Assembly (NCBI GenBank): GCA_016192455.1
Contig: JACPUC010000007.1
Span: forward strand, 256,720 to 290,817
DNA: 34,098 nucleotides
Source: Candidatus Tectimicrobiota bacterium
Lineage (GTDB): Bacteria > JACPUC01
Direction: 5' to 3'
This document shows, in pieces, positions 7,950 through 15,854 of this stretch. A model generated the notes under the pieces. The model made no database searches. It was not told where the DNA came from and worked only from the letters and a program-made list of their open reading frames with translations. The first letter of the stretch is position 1. The number at the start of each line of letters is the position of its first letter. The translations under genes and the position numbers were made by a program.

Positions 7950-8711
7950 CTAGAAGGATGACTGCCGCAGCCGCGGCGACAGGAACGCATGCAGCTTCTG
8001 CTCGACGATGCGCGGGTTATCGCCGGCGGTGATCGAGAGGATGCCCTCGATCATCAGCTCCTTCTCGAGCTGCTCTTCGCTGGAGCGCGTGCGCAGCTTG
8101 CCGGCGATGGGCAAGAAGAAGACGTTGGCGAAGATGGCGCCGTAGAAGGTGGTGATCAGGGCGACCGCCATGGCGGGGCCGATCCTGCTCGGGTCATCGA
8201 GAGCTTGCAACATCTGCACCAGCCCCACGAGGGTGCCGATGAGGCCCATGGCCGGCGCGAAGGTGCCCAGCGTTTGAAACAGCTCCGCTCCCAGGCGGTG
8301 GCGGTTCTGCGAGAACTCCAGCTCGGTCTCGAGGATATCCTCGATCGCCTTGGGTTCCATCCCATCGATGACGAGCTGGAAGCCCTTCGCCAGGAAGCTG
8401 TCGGTAATTTCGTCCGCCACCCCTTGCAAGGCCAGGATGCCGTCCCGCCGCGCCACGGTCGAGAACTGCACAAACTTCGGGATCCACGCGTGCGGCGTCG
8501 TCGACTTGAAGAAAAACGCATGCCGCACCACCGCGAGGCTGCCGATCATCTCCTTCAAGGGGTAGTTGACGAGGCCCGTGCCCAGGGTGCCGCCGGCCAC
8601 GATCATCAGCGAGGGGATATCCCAGAAGGCCATCAGGCCACCGCCGCTCAGGATCGCGAAGAAGATGAGCCCGAATGCCGAGGCGATCCCCAGGAGAGTT
8701 GCAAGGTCCAC
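7950..8711 (-). CDS. motA: Flagellar stator A subunit (MotA/PomA/MotP-like)
   Basis: 253 aa, GTG start with GGAG RBS. Motifs PSLMIVAGGT, APAMGLIGTLVGLVQML, GPAMAVALITTFYG and EGILSI..GDNPR. Confidence 0.96.
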   Translation of the reverse strand: MDLATLLGIASAFGLIFFAILSGGGLMAFWDIPSLMIVAGGTLGTGLVNYPLKEMIGSLAVVRHAFFFKSTTPHAWIPKFVQFSTVARRDGILALQGVADEITDSFLAKGFQLVIDGMEPKAIEDILETELEFSQNRHRLGAELFQTLGTFAPAMGLIGTLVGLVQMLQALDDPSRIGPAMAVALITTFYGAIFANVFFLPIAGKLRTRSSEEQLEKELMIEGILSITAGDNPRIVEQKLHAFLSPRLRQSSF

Positions 8712-8820
8712 GATGGCTCCTCGAAAGGATGGGGGTGCGTCAGGTCACCTCGGCGCGCCTGGCCGCCTGGTCATTAGGAAGCGGGCTTCCAGCGCCGGCG
8801 GGGCGACGCCCTCGATCAGG

Positions 8821-8836
8821 TGCAAGCAATATGCCA
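8821..8836 (-). promoter_or_regulatory. sigma54 -24/-12 promoter for motA-motB-motB-fliMNOPQ
   Basis: Minus strand TGGCAT-ATTGC-TTGCA, about 110 bp upstream of motA. Confidence 0.82.
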
Positions 8837-9194
8837 TGCAGGGGGCCGACGCTGGCCGGCGCATGAAGGCCGGCCGAAGCGGTGACGGCCAGGTCTGAGC
8901 AGCCTTCCCCGATGAAGCCAGGGAGGGGAGCTGTTAGATTTTCGTCCCTCTCCAGGAGAAGCTGACGATCCGTTGACGCTGCGGTGGAGTACTGCTTGCC
9001 GCCGGCTTGCCACGAAGGACGGCGTGCCCGGGGGCTGCTCCCGTGGCCCTGCCCATGCGCCGATTCCGTGCCCGACCAAGCCCTGCGCCGCGGCCAGCCG
9101 GGAGCGACGCGCCTCGGGCGGTCAGCCGCGGGCAGGTGGTTCGGGGTGTCCGGCGGAACGCTTCGGAGCAAGCCCGGCGGCGGCCGGAGGAGGC

Positions 9195-9898
9195 TCAGCG
9201 AAAGATGAGGAGGGCTGCAAGGAGGAGCAGGCCAAGCCAGGTGAGCGGGAAGTAGTAGGAGAGGATGAGGCGCTGTCGACGAGCCACGCTGCCCAGATCG
9301 GCGAGCTTGTCATCGAGGTGCTGCACGAATTCGAGCTGGTGCTGCCAGATTTTGGTCAGGGGACTCCAGATGCGGTGCTGAGAGTTCTGCAGGAGGGCCG
9401 CGTGACTCTTGTGGAGCTGTGCCGCTAGCGAGGCTTCGAGCTGCTCAAATCGCAGCGCAAGATCATCCACCCCTTCCCCGGAAGAATCCGGCGTGAACTG
9501 CGCCGCCTCAGCCGCCGGGAAGGAAACTTCCAGCGGATCATCCTCGGGAAACTCAGGACTCTGGTCAGGCGGAGGCAAACTTCCAGCGGATCATCCTCGG
9601 GAAACTCAGGACTCTGGTCAGGCGGAGGCTGCCGATCCACCCCTTCCCCGGAAGAATCCGGCGTGAGCTGCGCCGCCTCAGCCGCCGGGAAGGAAACTTC
9701 CAGCGGATCATCCTCGGGAAACTCAGGACTCTGGTCAGGCGGAGGCTGCCGAACCTCTGCGGCAATCTCTTGGGGCGTCACCGGCGATTCCAGCTTGGAG
9801 GCATCGAGCGAGAACTCACCGATGGAGATGTGACCATCTCCATCGAACTCAACCTTTTCAGGCATCCCGTTCTGCGGCTCCTGATCACTCCGGGCCAT
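9195..9898 (-). pseudogene. Frameshifted (or misassembled) gene for an acidic Pro-rich repeat protein with a helical region and C-terminal membrane anchor
   Basis: ORFs 9425..9898 and 9195..9578 share the peptide PPPDQSPEFPEDDPLEV in different frames. Removing one 53-bp copy fuses them into a 216-aa ORF ending LILSYYFPLTWLGLLLLAALLIFR. ATG at 9898 has a GAGGG RBS. Confidence 0.7.
9465..9751. repeat. Two 117-bp (39-aa) direct repeats plus one extra perfect 53-bp sub-repeat
   Basis: Units start at 9465 and 9635 (offset 170 = 117 + 53). An identical 53-mer aaacttccagcgg...ggcggaggc occurs at 9524-9576, 9577-9629 and 9694-9746. Confidence 0.95.
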
Positions 9899-10125
9899 CC
9901 CTCACCTCTCAGCACGCGTCGAACCTGCGACGACGCGCCTCTGGCGTTCACGCGCTCCCCCCGCTCACCGACCGGGAATTGCCTCCACGACCACGCGGCC
10001 CGCCGACCGCGGTCCGCATGCCGCAACCAAGCTAGCAGCCGGGCGGGTTGGTCCGCCGCCGGCCATCGTGCCGCGCCCACCTTCCGCGGGCCTTGCGCAG
10101 GCCGAGGCGCGCACCCCCGCCACGC

Positions 10126-11721
10126 TCAAGCGGCCTGGCCAGCCTCCGACTCGACCATCGCCGCCGATCCTTCCTGGCTCGTTGCCCGCTGAAGGCTGCT
10201 TTCAACGAAATGGAGGAGCTGCTTCACCCTCTGATTCGTCGGGTCCATCTCGAGGGCGCGGTGCAGCACCGGCACGGCCTCCGCGGCTTCCTGCGCCTCG
10301 ATGTGCGCCCGCGCCAAGTTACAGAGAATCACAACGTTCCTCGGATCGAGGTCCAGAGCCTTGGTGTACTCTCTCATGGCCTCCTGATACTTCTTCTGCT
10401 TGCGCAGCAGCAGCCCGTAGTGGTTGTGCGCAATGACCGCCCGCTGCAGGTGCCCGGAGCGGCTCCAGACGTTTGCCGCTTCCTCGTACAAGCCGGCTCG
10501 AAGATTGGCCTCGCCAATCTGCCGTTGCAAGCTGAGGTCGTTGGGCTTGAGAGTGGTGGCCTGATCGAAGGCCTCCTTCGCCTTCTCTCGATCCCCCGAA
10601 GCAAGCAACGCTTGGCCGAGGTAGCTCCAGTCCTGCGCGGTGGTCGGCGTTTGCTGCGTCAAATCTTCCAGCACGGCTTGCGCTTTTTCCTGATCGTGCA
10701 TCGCCTCGTAGGAGACCATGAGGTTGTACTTTGCCGAGATTCGTTCTGGATCGAGCGCCAGGGAGCGTTCATAGCTCTGGGCAGCGCGAAGCTGCAGGGA
10801 CTCATCCCCCGAGCTGAAGGCCAAACATGCGAAGACCTGACCAAGGCCATCGTAGTGAGCCGCAAACACCTTCGGGGGCGTGTCGAAGAGCTCCGCGAAC
10901 TGAATCCCTTCCTCGAAGACCTGCATCGCCTCATCGTACTGCTCAGCCTGAAGATAGGCCTCGCCAAGTTTTTGACATGCCTCGGGGCTGCGGGCAATCT
11001 GCTTGAAACGCGTCAGCACTTTTATTGCGGCGGCGTAGTCCTCCCGATCCATGTGGATTTGCGCCAGCTCGAGGTGGGCGATCGGCTTACGCCGGTCAAC
11101 GTTGATCCCCTGGTGATAGAGACTGACGGCGTAGGTGTACCGCCCCTTCAGGACGGCCACCTGAGCCAGGGCGCAGAGCGCCTCATAGTGCTCGGCGTCG
11201 ACGCGTAAGACGCGCACGACGTACGTTCCGGCTTCCGTGAGAAGCTGCTCGCGTCTGCTCACCGTCCCAGCTTCCCCCTGCCCGGACGCTTCCGCCTTCG
11301 CCTCCTCGGCCGCAGCTACCAGCTCTTGCGCGCGCTTCACCTCGTTGGCGCAGAGGCGATCGAGCATCTCCTCGATGGACGCCGGGATGAGCGGCTTGCT
11401 GAGACAGTAGGGAATCCCCCCGGAATTGGCCGCCAACACGTCTTCCTCGGTTTGGAAACTGCCGGTCAGGATGAACGGAATGTGCTGGGTTGCCTCTGTC
11501 TCGCTTAGCAAGGTGAAGAATTCGGGCGCCGTCTTATCGCCGAGGTCCTGATCGGCGACGATGACGTCGACACTCGACTGTTCGAGAATGCGCAGGGCCT
11601 CCTGGCAGCTCAACGCCTCCGATGTCTCCCGGAACCCCAAGGCGCGTATGGCCTGGCGTGTGGCCGCGCGGCTCGGCTTCGAGGCGTCGACAAGGAGCAG
11701 ATGGGCGGTTCGTTTGCTCAC
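10126..11721 (-). CDS. Atypical CheY-like receiver domain fused to TPR repeats
   Basis: Receiver pattern LLLVDA...LGF...VIVADQD...IPFILTG...LSKP followed by multiple TPRs (e.g. AHNHYGLLLRKQKKYQEAMREYTKALDLDPRN). Start placed at GTG 11721 (AAGGGAG RBS); ATG 11751 is an alternative. Confidence 0.85.
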   Translation of the reverse strand: MSKRTAHLLLVDASKPSRAATRQAIRALGFRETSEALSCQEALRILEQSSVDVIVADQDLGDKTAPEFFTLLSETEATQHIPFILTGSFQTEEDVLAANSGGIPYCLSKPLIPASIEEMLDRLCANEVKRAQELVAAAEEAKAEASGQGEAGTVSRREQLLTEAGTYVVRVLRVDAEHYEALCALAQVAVLKGRYTYAVSLYHQGINVDRRKPIAHLELAQIHMDREDYAAAIKVLTRFKQIARSPEACQKLGEAYLQAEQYDEAMQVFEEGIQFAELFDTPPKVFAAHYDGLGQVFACLAFSSGDESLQLRAAQSYERSLALDPERISAKYNLMVSYEAMHDQEKAQAVLEDLTQQTPTTAQDWSYLGQALLASGDREKAKEAFDQATTLKPNDLSLQRQIGEANLRAGLYEEAANVWSRSGHLQRAVIAHNHYGLLLRKQKKYQEAMREYTKALDLDPRNVVILCNLARAHIEAQEAAEAVPVLHRALEMDPTNQRVKQLLHFVESSLQRATSQEGSAAMVESEAGQAA

Positions 11722-11791
11722 GCCGGAGCTCCCTTGTAGGTCACGCGACATCCACTTGGCGCCACACCACGCCCCGTCGCTGGCTCTGATG

Positions 11792-11807
11792 AGCAACAAC
11801 TATGCCA
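11792..11807 (-). promoter_or_regulatory. sigma54 -24/-12 promoter for the receiver-TPR gene
   Basis: Minus strand TGGCAT-AGTTG-TTGCT, about 70 bp upstream of the GTG start. Confidence 0.8.
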
Positions 11808-11934
11808 ACTTCGAAGACCCACGGGGAAGTCCCCGGCCCTTCGCCCGCTCCTGCGTCCCCGGACGTTCGCCTCCACCGGGCTCGTGCTGGCGCCGCCCCT
11901 GCGGCAGAGGTCTGGCAGAGGTGGGGCAGGTCGC

Positions 11935-12981
11935 TCACCCCGCCAGGAGGAGGGCGCGGTTGCGCTGCGCCTGCTCATGGTCGGGGTTCAGGGCGAGGGC
12001 ATGCTCGTATGCCTGCAAGGCATCGGCGTCACGCTCCTCGTAGTAGTAGAGGTTGCCGAGGTTGACGTAGGCATCGGTGTAGGTCGGATCGCAGCGCAGC
12101 GCGGCCCGCAGCGCCGCCTCCGCGTCGCCGCTGCGGCCTTCACGCCGCAGCAGCACGCCGAGGTTGTTGTAAGCGACCGCAAACTCCCCTTCGAGCTGGG
12201 TGGCGCGTTGCAGCGCCGCGATAGCTTCGGCGCGGCTGCCGACACGTTCACGCAGCAACCCCAGCCGGTTCCACAGGGCCGCCGAGCGCGGCGCCAGACG
12301 CAGCGCCGCCTCGTACACCGCAACCGCTTCATGCAGCTTTCCTTGACTGCAGAGCACGCCGGCGAGATTCGTGTACCCATGGAGCGACTGCGGGTTCACC
12401 TCCAGCGCGCCCCGTAGGTGCGCCAGCGCCGCCGTGTCGTCCCCCTCCGCCAGCTCGATGGCGGCAAGGTTCGTCGCGGCGCGGTAGTCTCCCGCATCCG
12501 CGGCGAGCACCTCTTCGTAGAGACGGCTCGCCTCAGCCCGCTCTCCCACCCGCTCGCGGCAGACCGCGAGCCCGAACGCCGCCTCCTGCCACTGCCGCGG
12601 CCTCGCGGCACCGCCATGTGCCGCCGACACGACGCGGCGGAACAGGGTGGCGGCCTCCTCCAGCTCGCCGAGGCGCTCGAGCGTCTGTGCCAGCCGCAGC
12701 TCCAGCCAGGTGCGCGCGGACAACTCTTCGCCGCAGCCGCGCGCCGGGCTTGCGGCGCCTTCCGCTGACCCGGCGGCGCCACAGGGCGCAGGCGAAGCGC
12801 GCGGCGCATCGCCGTTTGACGCCTCCCCGCCAGCCTCTCCCGGTAGCACGCGGAGCGCCTCCCGAAACGCCGCCCGCGCCTCCTCCCAGGCTCCGCCCTG
12901 CAGGGCCGCGATACCACGCTCAGTCGCAGCCGCGGCGGGAGCCGGAAAATTGCTCGGGAGGGTGTTGCCAGTGAGGCTCAT
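11935..12981 (-). CDS. TPR repeat protein
   Basis: Repeated TPR helices (GYTNLAGVL, LWNRLGLL, AYNNLGVLL, AYVNLGNLY...ALALNPDH). ATG 12981 overlaps the upstream TGA (ATGA) and has an AAAGGAG RBS. 348 aa. Confidence 0.88.
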   Translation of the reverse strand: MSLTGNTLPSNFPAPAAAATERGIAALQGGAWEEARAAFREALRVLPGEAGGEASNGDAPRASPAPCGAAGSAEGAASPARGCGEELSARTWLELRLAQTLERLGELEEAATLFRRVVSAAHGGAARPRQWQEAAFGLAVCRERVGERAEASRLYEEVLAADAGDYRAATNLAAIELAEGDDTAALAHLRGALEVNPQSLHGYTNLAGVLCSQGKLHEAVAVYEAALRLAPRSAALWNRLGLLRERVGSRAEAIAALQRATQLEGEFAVAYNNLGVLLRREGRSGDAEAALRAALRCDPTYTDAYVNLGNLYYYEERDADALQAYEHALALNPDHEQAQRNRALLLAG

Positions 12982-14360
12982 GGCAGGCTCCTTTGAAGGT
13001 TGGTGCGCAGCATCCCTGCCTCGCTGACGTGCGTGGCCAGGCACGCCGCCTCAACCGCTCGCTCCTCCTCCGTCGAGGGAGCGCTCGGCAGCGGCGGCAA
13101 CTTCCGCGCGGCACTGCGACCCCCAGGCAGACGGCGCTCCAGCAGCTCCCCATAGTGGCGGGCTGCGTGGAGGTCTGGCGCGCGGGCGAGGGCCTCCTTG
13201 AACTTCGGCGCGGCCTCCTCTTCCCTCCCCTGCGCCAGGAGCGCCAGCCCCCAGTTCAGGTAGGTCGGGGCATAGGCCGCGTCGAGCTGCGCCGCCTCTG
13301 CGAGGCAGCCCAGCGCGCGCCGCGTGTCGCCACTGCGGTGGGCGAGGCCCGCAAGCTCGTTGAGGGCCTCGGCGCCGCGCGACAAGGTGGTCAACATGCC
13401 GAAGGGGTAGAGCGCCGCCGCGTCGGTGCTGAAACGGGGGAGCAGCGCCAGGTAGCGCTCCAAGGCGCGACGCGCCTCGCGCAGACGGCGCCGCTGCAGG
13501 CAGACCTTGGCGAGGAGGAAGTGCGCGTCGAGGTAGTCGTCACGCAAGTGGAGAAGGCGCCGGCAGCACTCCTCCGCCTGGGCCAACTCCCCTTGGCGCC
13601 AGAGGAGCACTGCCTCCAAGTGCGCCGTGAGCAGGGCGAGGCTGCCGGGGGCAGGCTCCGCCGCCAGCGCGGCACGGGCCTGACTCGCCTGCCGCAGCCC
13701 CTCCTGCCAGTCGCCGAGGAGGTAGCAGGTGCGCGCCAGGTAGTAGCGGTAGGCAGGGTTTGCCGGCTCGGCTGCCAAGGACTTGAGGAGGAGCCGCCGG
13801 TCGCGCTCGAGTTTGGGACGCATGGCCTGGGGATCGGCGCGGTAGCCTGTATGGACGATGCGCAGGCTCGTTGCCAGCGCCTCGCCCCGCACCCCCACCT
13901 CCTCATGGATGGCGCCGCGGAAGCGGACTCCGGGGGTGTTGCGGAACATCCGAACGGCAACGTGCATTCCCAGGGGGGTGCCGTCCGGATCAACGTTGAC
14001 GATCCGGAAGTAGGCCGCAGTGAAGCGCGGCATGGCGAGGAGCGCCCGCACGCGGCTGAACTCCTCCACGGGGACCTGCTCGTCGGCATCGAGGACGAGC
14101 ACCCAGGAGAACCGCGCTGCCCGCAAGGAGGCATTGCGGGCGGCGCTGAAGTCATCACACCAGGGGAACTCGAACAGCCGCGCCCCATGCGCCGCGGCGA
14201 TCTGGCGCGTGGCGTCGCGCGAGCCGGTGTCGACGACCACCACCTCCTGGACCAAAGGGCGGTGGTGGCGCAGGAACCCCCCAAGCCGCTCCGCCTCGTT
14301 GCGCACGATCATGCACAGGCTGATGCCCGTCGGCTTGCCGGAGCGAAGTGCGCCGGGCAT
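12978..14360 (-). CDS. Glycosyltransferase family 2 with C-terminal TPR repeats
   Basis: ISLCMIVRNE, VVVDTGSRD, DFSAARN, VLDADE (DxD), RMFRN, FRGAIHE and HTGY motifs, then TPRs. Start uncertain (ATG 14360 or 14421). Confidence 0.9.
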   Translation of the reverse strand: MPGALRSGKPTGISLCMIVRNEAERLGGFLRHHRPLVQEVVVVDTGSRDATRQIAAAHGARLFEFPWCDDFSAARNASLRAARFSWVLVLDADEQVPVEEFSRVRALLAMPRFTAAYFRIVNVDPDGTPLGMHVAVRMFRNTPGVRFRGAIHEEVGVRGEALATSLRIVHTGYRADPQAMRPKLERDRRLLLKSLAAEPANPAYRYYLARTCYLLGDWQEGLRQASQARAALAAEPAPGSLALLTAHLEAVLLWRQGELAQAEECCRRLLHLRDDYLDAHFLLAKVCLQRRRLREARRALERYLALLPRFSTDAAALYPFGMLTTLSRGAEALNELAGLAHRSGDTRRALGCLAEAAQLDAAYAPTYLNWGLALLAQGREEEAAPKFKEALARAPDLHAARHYGELLERRLPGGRSAARKLPPLPSAPSTEEERAVEAACLATHVSEAGMLRTNLQRSLP

Positions 14361-14436
14361 CTCCAAGGGCCCGCCGAGAGGCGTTCCTCCGGCGGCGGCA
14401 GGAAACGGTACGGCAACCATCAGGAACCCCGCTTGG

Positions 14437-14479
14437 GCAAGCCTGCGGCGACCGTTGCGCAAAGTCCCCGCAGGCTTGC
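14437..14479. other. Strong intergenic stem-loop downstream of flgE (possible attenuator or mRNA stabiliser)
   Basis: GCAAGCCTGCGGCGAC-N11-GTCCCCGCAGGCTTGC, 15 of 16 bp paired. No U-tract follows. Confidence 0.55.
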
Positions 14480-14535
14480 GAGTGCCGGTGCTGCGTTCCC
14501 GGTCGCCGGCCGTGGGCGACTCGGGTTGCGACGCA

Positions 14536-15813
14536 TTACCGGATGAGGTTGACGAGTTCCGCCAGGAGCTCATCGGTCAGGGTGATCGTGCGGGAGTTCG
14601 CCTGGAACCCGCGCTGGGTGGTGATGAGCTTCACGAACTCATCGGTCAGGTCGACGTTGGACAGCTCCAGGGAGTTGGAGTTGATCGAGCCGCGTCCGCC
14701 GCTCCCCGGGATGCCGATGATCGGTTGACCCGAGCTGCCCGACTCCAGGTACTGGTTGCCGCCAGCCGACGCCAGGCCGTCGGGGTTATCGAAGCGCGCC
14801 AGACTGATCTGGGCCAGGGGGAGGGCCTCGCCGTTCGTATAGTTGCCAGTGATGAGGCCCTGGTTGTCGATGGCGAAGCTCAGCAGGGAGCCCGCGCCGA
14901 ACCCATCCTGCGATTGGAACGTCGTGGCCGCCGCGCTGGCGAACTGGGAGAGCTGCGAGAAATCAAAGCCGATTGCGGTGGAGTCGGCGCCGCGGAAGGC
15001 AAACGTGGCCGTCGCCCCGCTGACGCTGGTCACCGTCCCACCCGTCGTGAAGGTGATGGAGCCCTGGCCGCCCTGGATCAAGCCGGTGGAGCCGGCGGTG
15101 ACCTCGCCCGCGTTCCCCATGATGTGGAAATCGTAGGCGTTCTGGGTGCCGCTGCTCTTGCGGAAGAAGATCGTCAACGTGTGGTCGTTGCCGATGGAGT
15201 CGTAGGTGGTGAGGGCGGTCTCGAAGTTCGAGGCGGCGGTCGCGTCATCCGCGGCGATGGTGTTGTTGCCCGCGAGGGTGAAGGCGGTGCTCGGCACGCT
15301 GGCCTGGGCATCCAGGTTCGCCACCAGCGTGACGTTCTGGCTGGGGCGCGTTGCCGCGGTGACCAGGCTGGAGAAGTCAATATCGGTGACGGAGCCGGAG
15401 AAGGCGCCGCTCTCGTTCGTCACACGCCCCTGCACCACCAGGTTGTCCTGATTGACGAGCTGCTTGTTCTTGTCGAGCCGAAACATGCCGGCCCGCGTGT
15501 AGGTGCGCAGGTCGCCCTTGCGCATGATGAAGAATCCATCGCCGTCAATGGCAAGATCGGTGCTGGAGTTCGTTGATTCGAAGGAGCCCTGCGTAAACAT
15601 CTGACGGATATTCGCCAGCTCCACGCCGCCGCCGATCTGGGCACTGCCGCTGCCACCCTCCAGGCCTTCGCTCAGGATGTCCTGAAACTCGGAACGGCTG
15701 CTCTTGAAGCCCACCGTGTTGACGTTGGCGATGTTGTTGCCGATGACGGCAAGCGCAGAACCATTGGCGGCGAGGCCGCTCGAACCGCTGAAGAGCGCAC
15801 TGGTGATCGACAT
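14536..15813 (-). CDS. flgE: Flagellar hook protein FlgE
   Basis: MSITSALFSGSSGL...VIGNNIANVNTVGFK, DLAIDGDGFF, YTRAGMF and LELSNVDLTDEFVKLITTQRGFQAN. ATG 15813 with GGAGGT RBS. Confidence 0.97.
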   Translation of the reverse strand: MSITSALFSGSSGLAANGSALAVIGNNIANVNTVGFKSSRSEFQDILSEGLEGGSGSAQIGGGVELANIRQMFTQGSFESTNSSTDLAIDGDGFFIMRKGDLRTYTRAGMFRLDKNKQLVNQDNLVVQGRVTNESGAFSGSVTDIDFSSLVTAATRPSQNVTLVANLDAQASVPSTAFTLAGNNTIAADDATAASNFETALTTYDSIGNDHTLTIFFRKSSGTQNAYDFHIMGNAGEVTAGSTGLIQGGQGSITFTTGGTVTSVSGATATFAFRGADSTAIGFDFSQLSQFASAAATTFQSQDGFGAGSLLSFAIDNQGLITGNYTNGEALPLAQISLARFDNPDGLASAGGNQYLESGSSGQPIIGIPGSGGRGSINSNSLELSNVDLTDEFVKLITTQRGFQANSRTITLTDELLAELVNLIR

Positions 15814-15854
15814 GAGAGGTGACCTCCACTTTGCGAGTTGTAAATCTGCGGCGT

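Noticed and set aside
9465-9751. Possible CRISPR array
   Set aside because: Repeats are 53 and 117 bp, two copies abut with no spacer, there are no unique spacers or cas genes, and the unit encodes a 39-aa peptide repeat.
10010-10040. Possible sigma54 promoter for the tail-anchored protein gene
   Set aside because: Candidates give GG-N9-GC spacing or lack the -24 GG.
15305-15335. Spirochete-type lysinoalanine cross-link site in FlgE
   Set aside because: The motif reads VANLDA, with Ala where Treponema has the catalytic Cys (CNLD), so the cross-link is unsupported.
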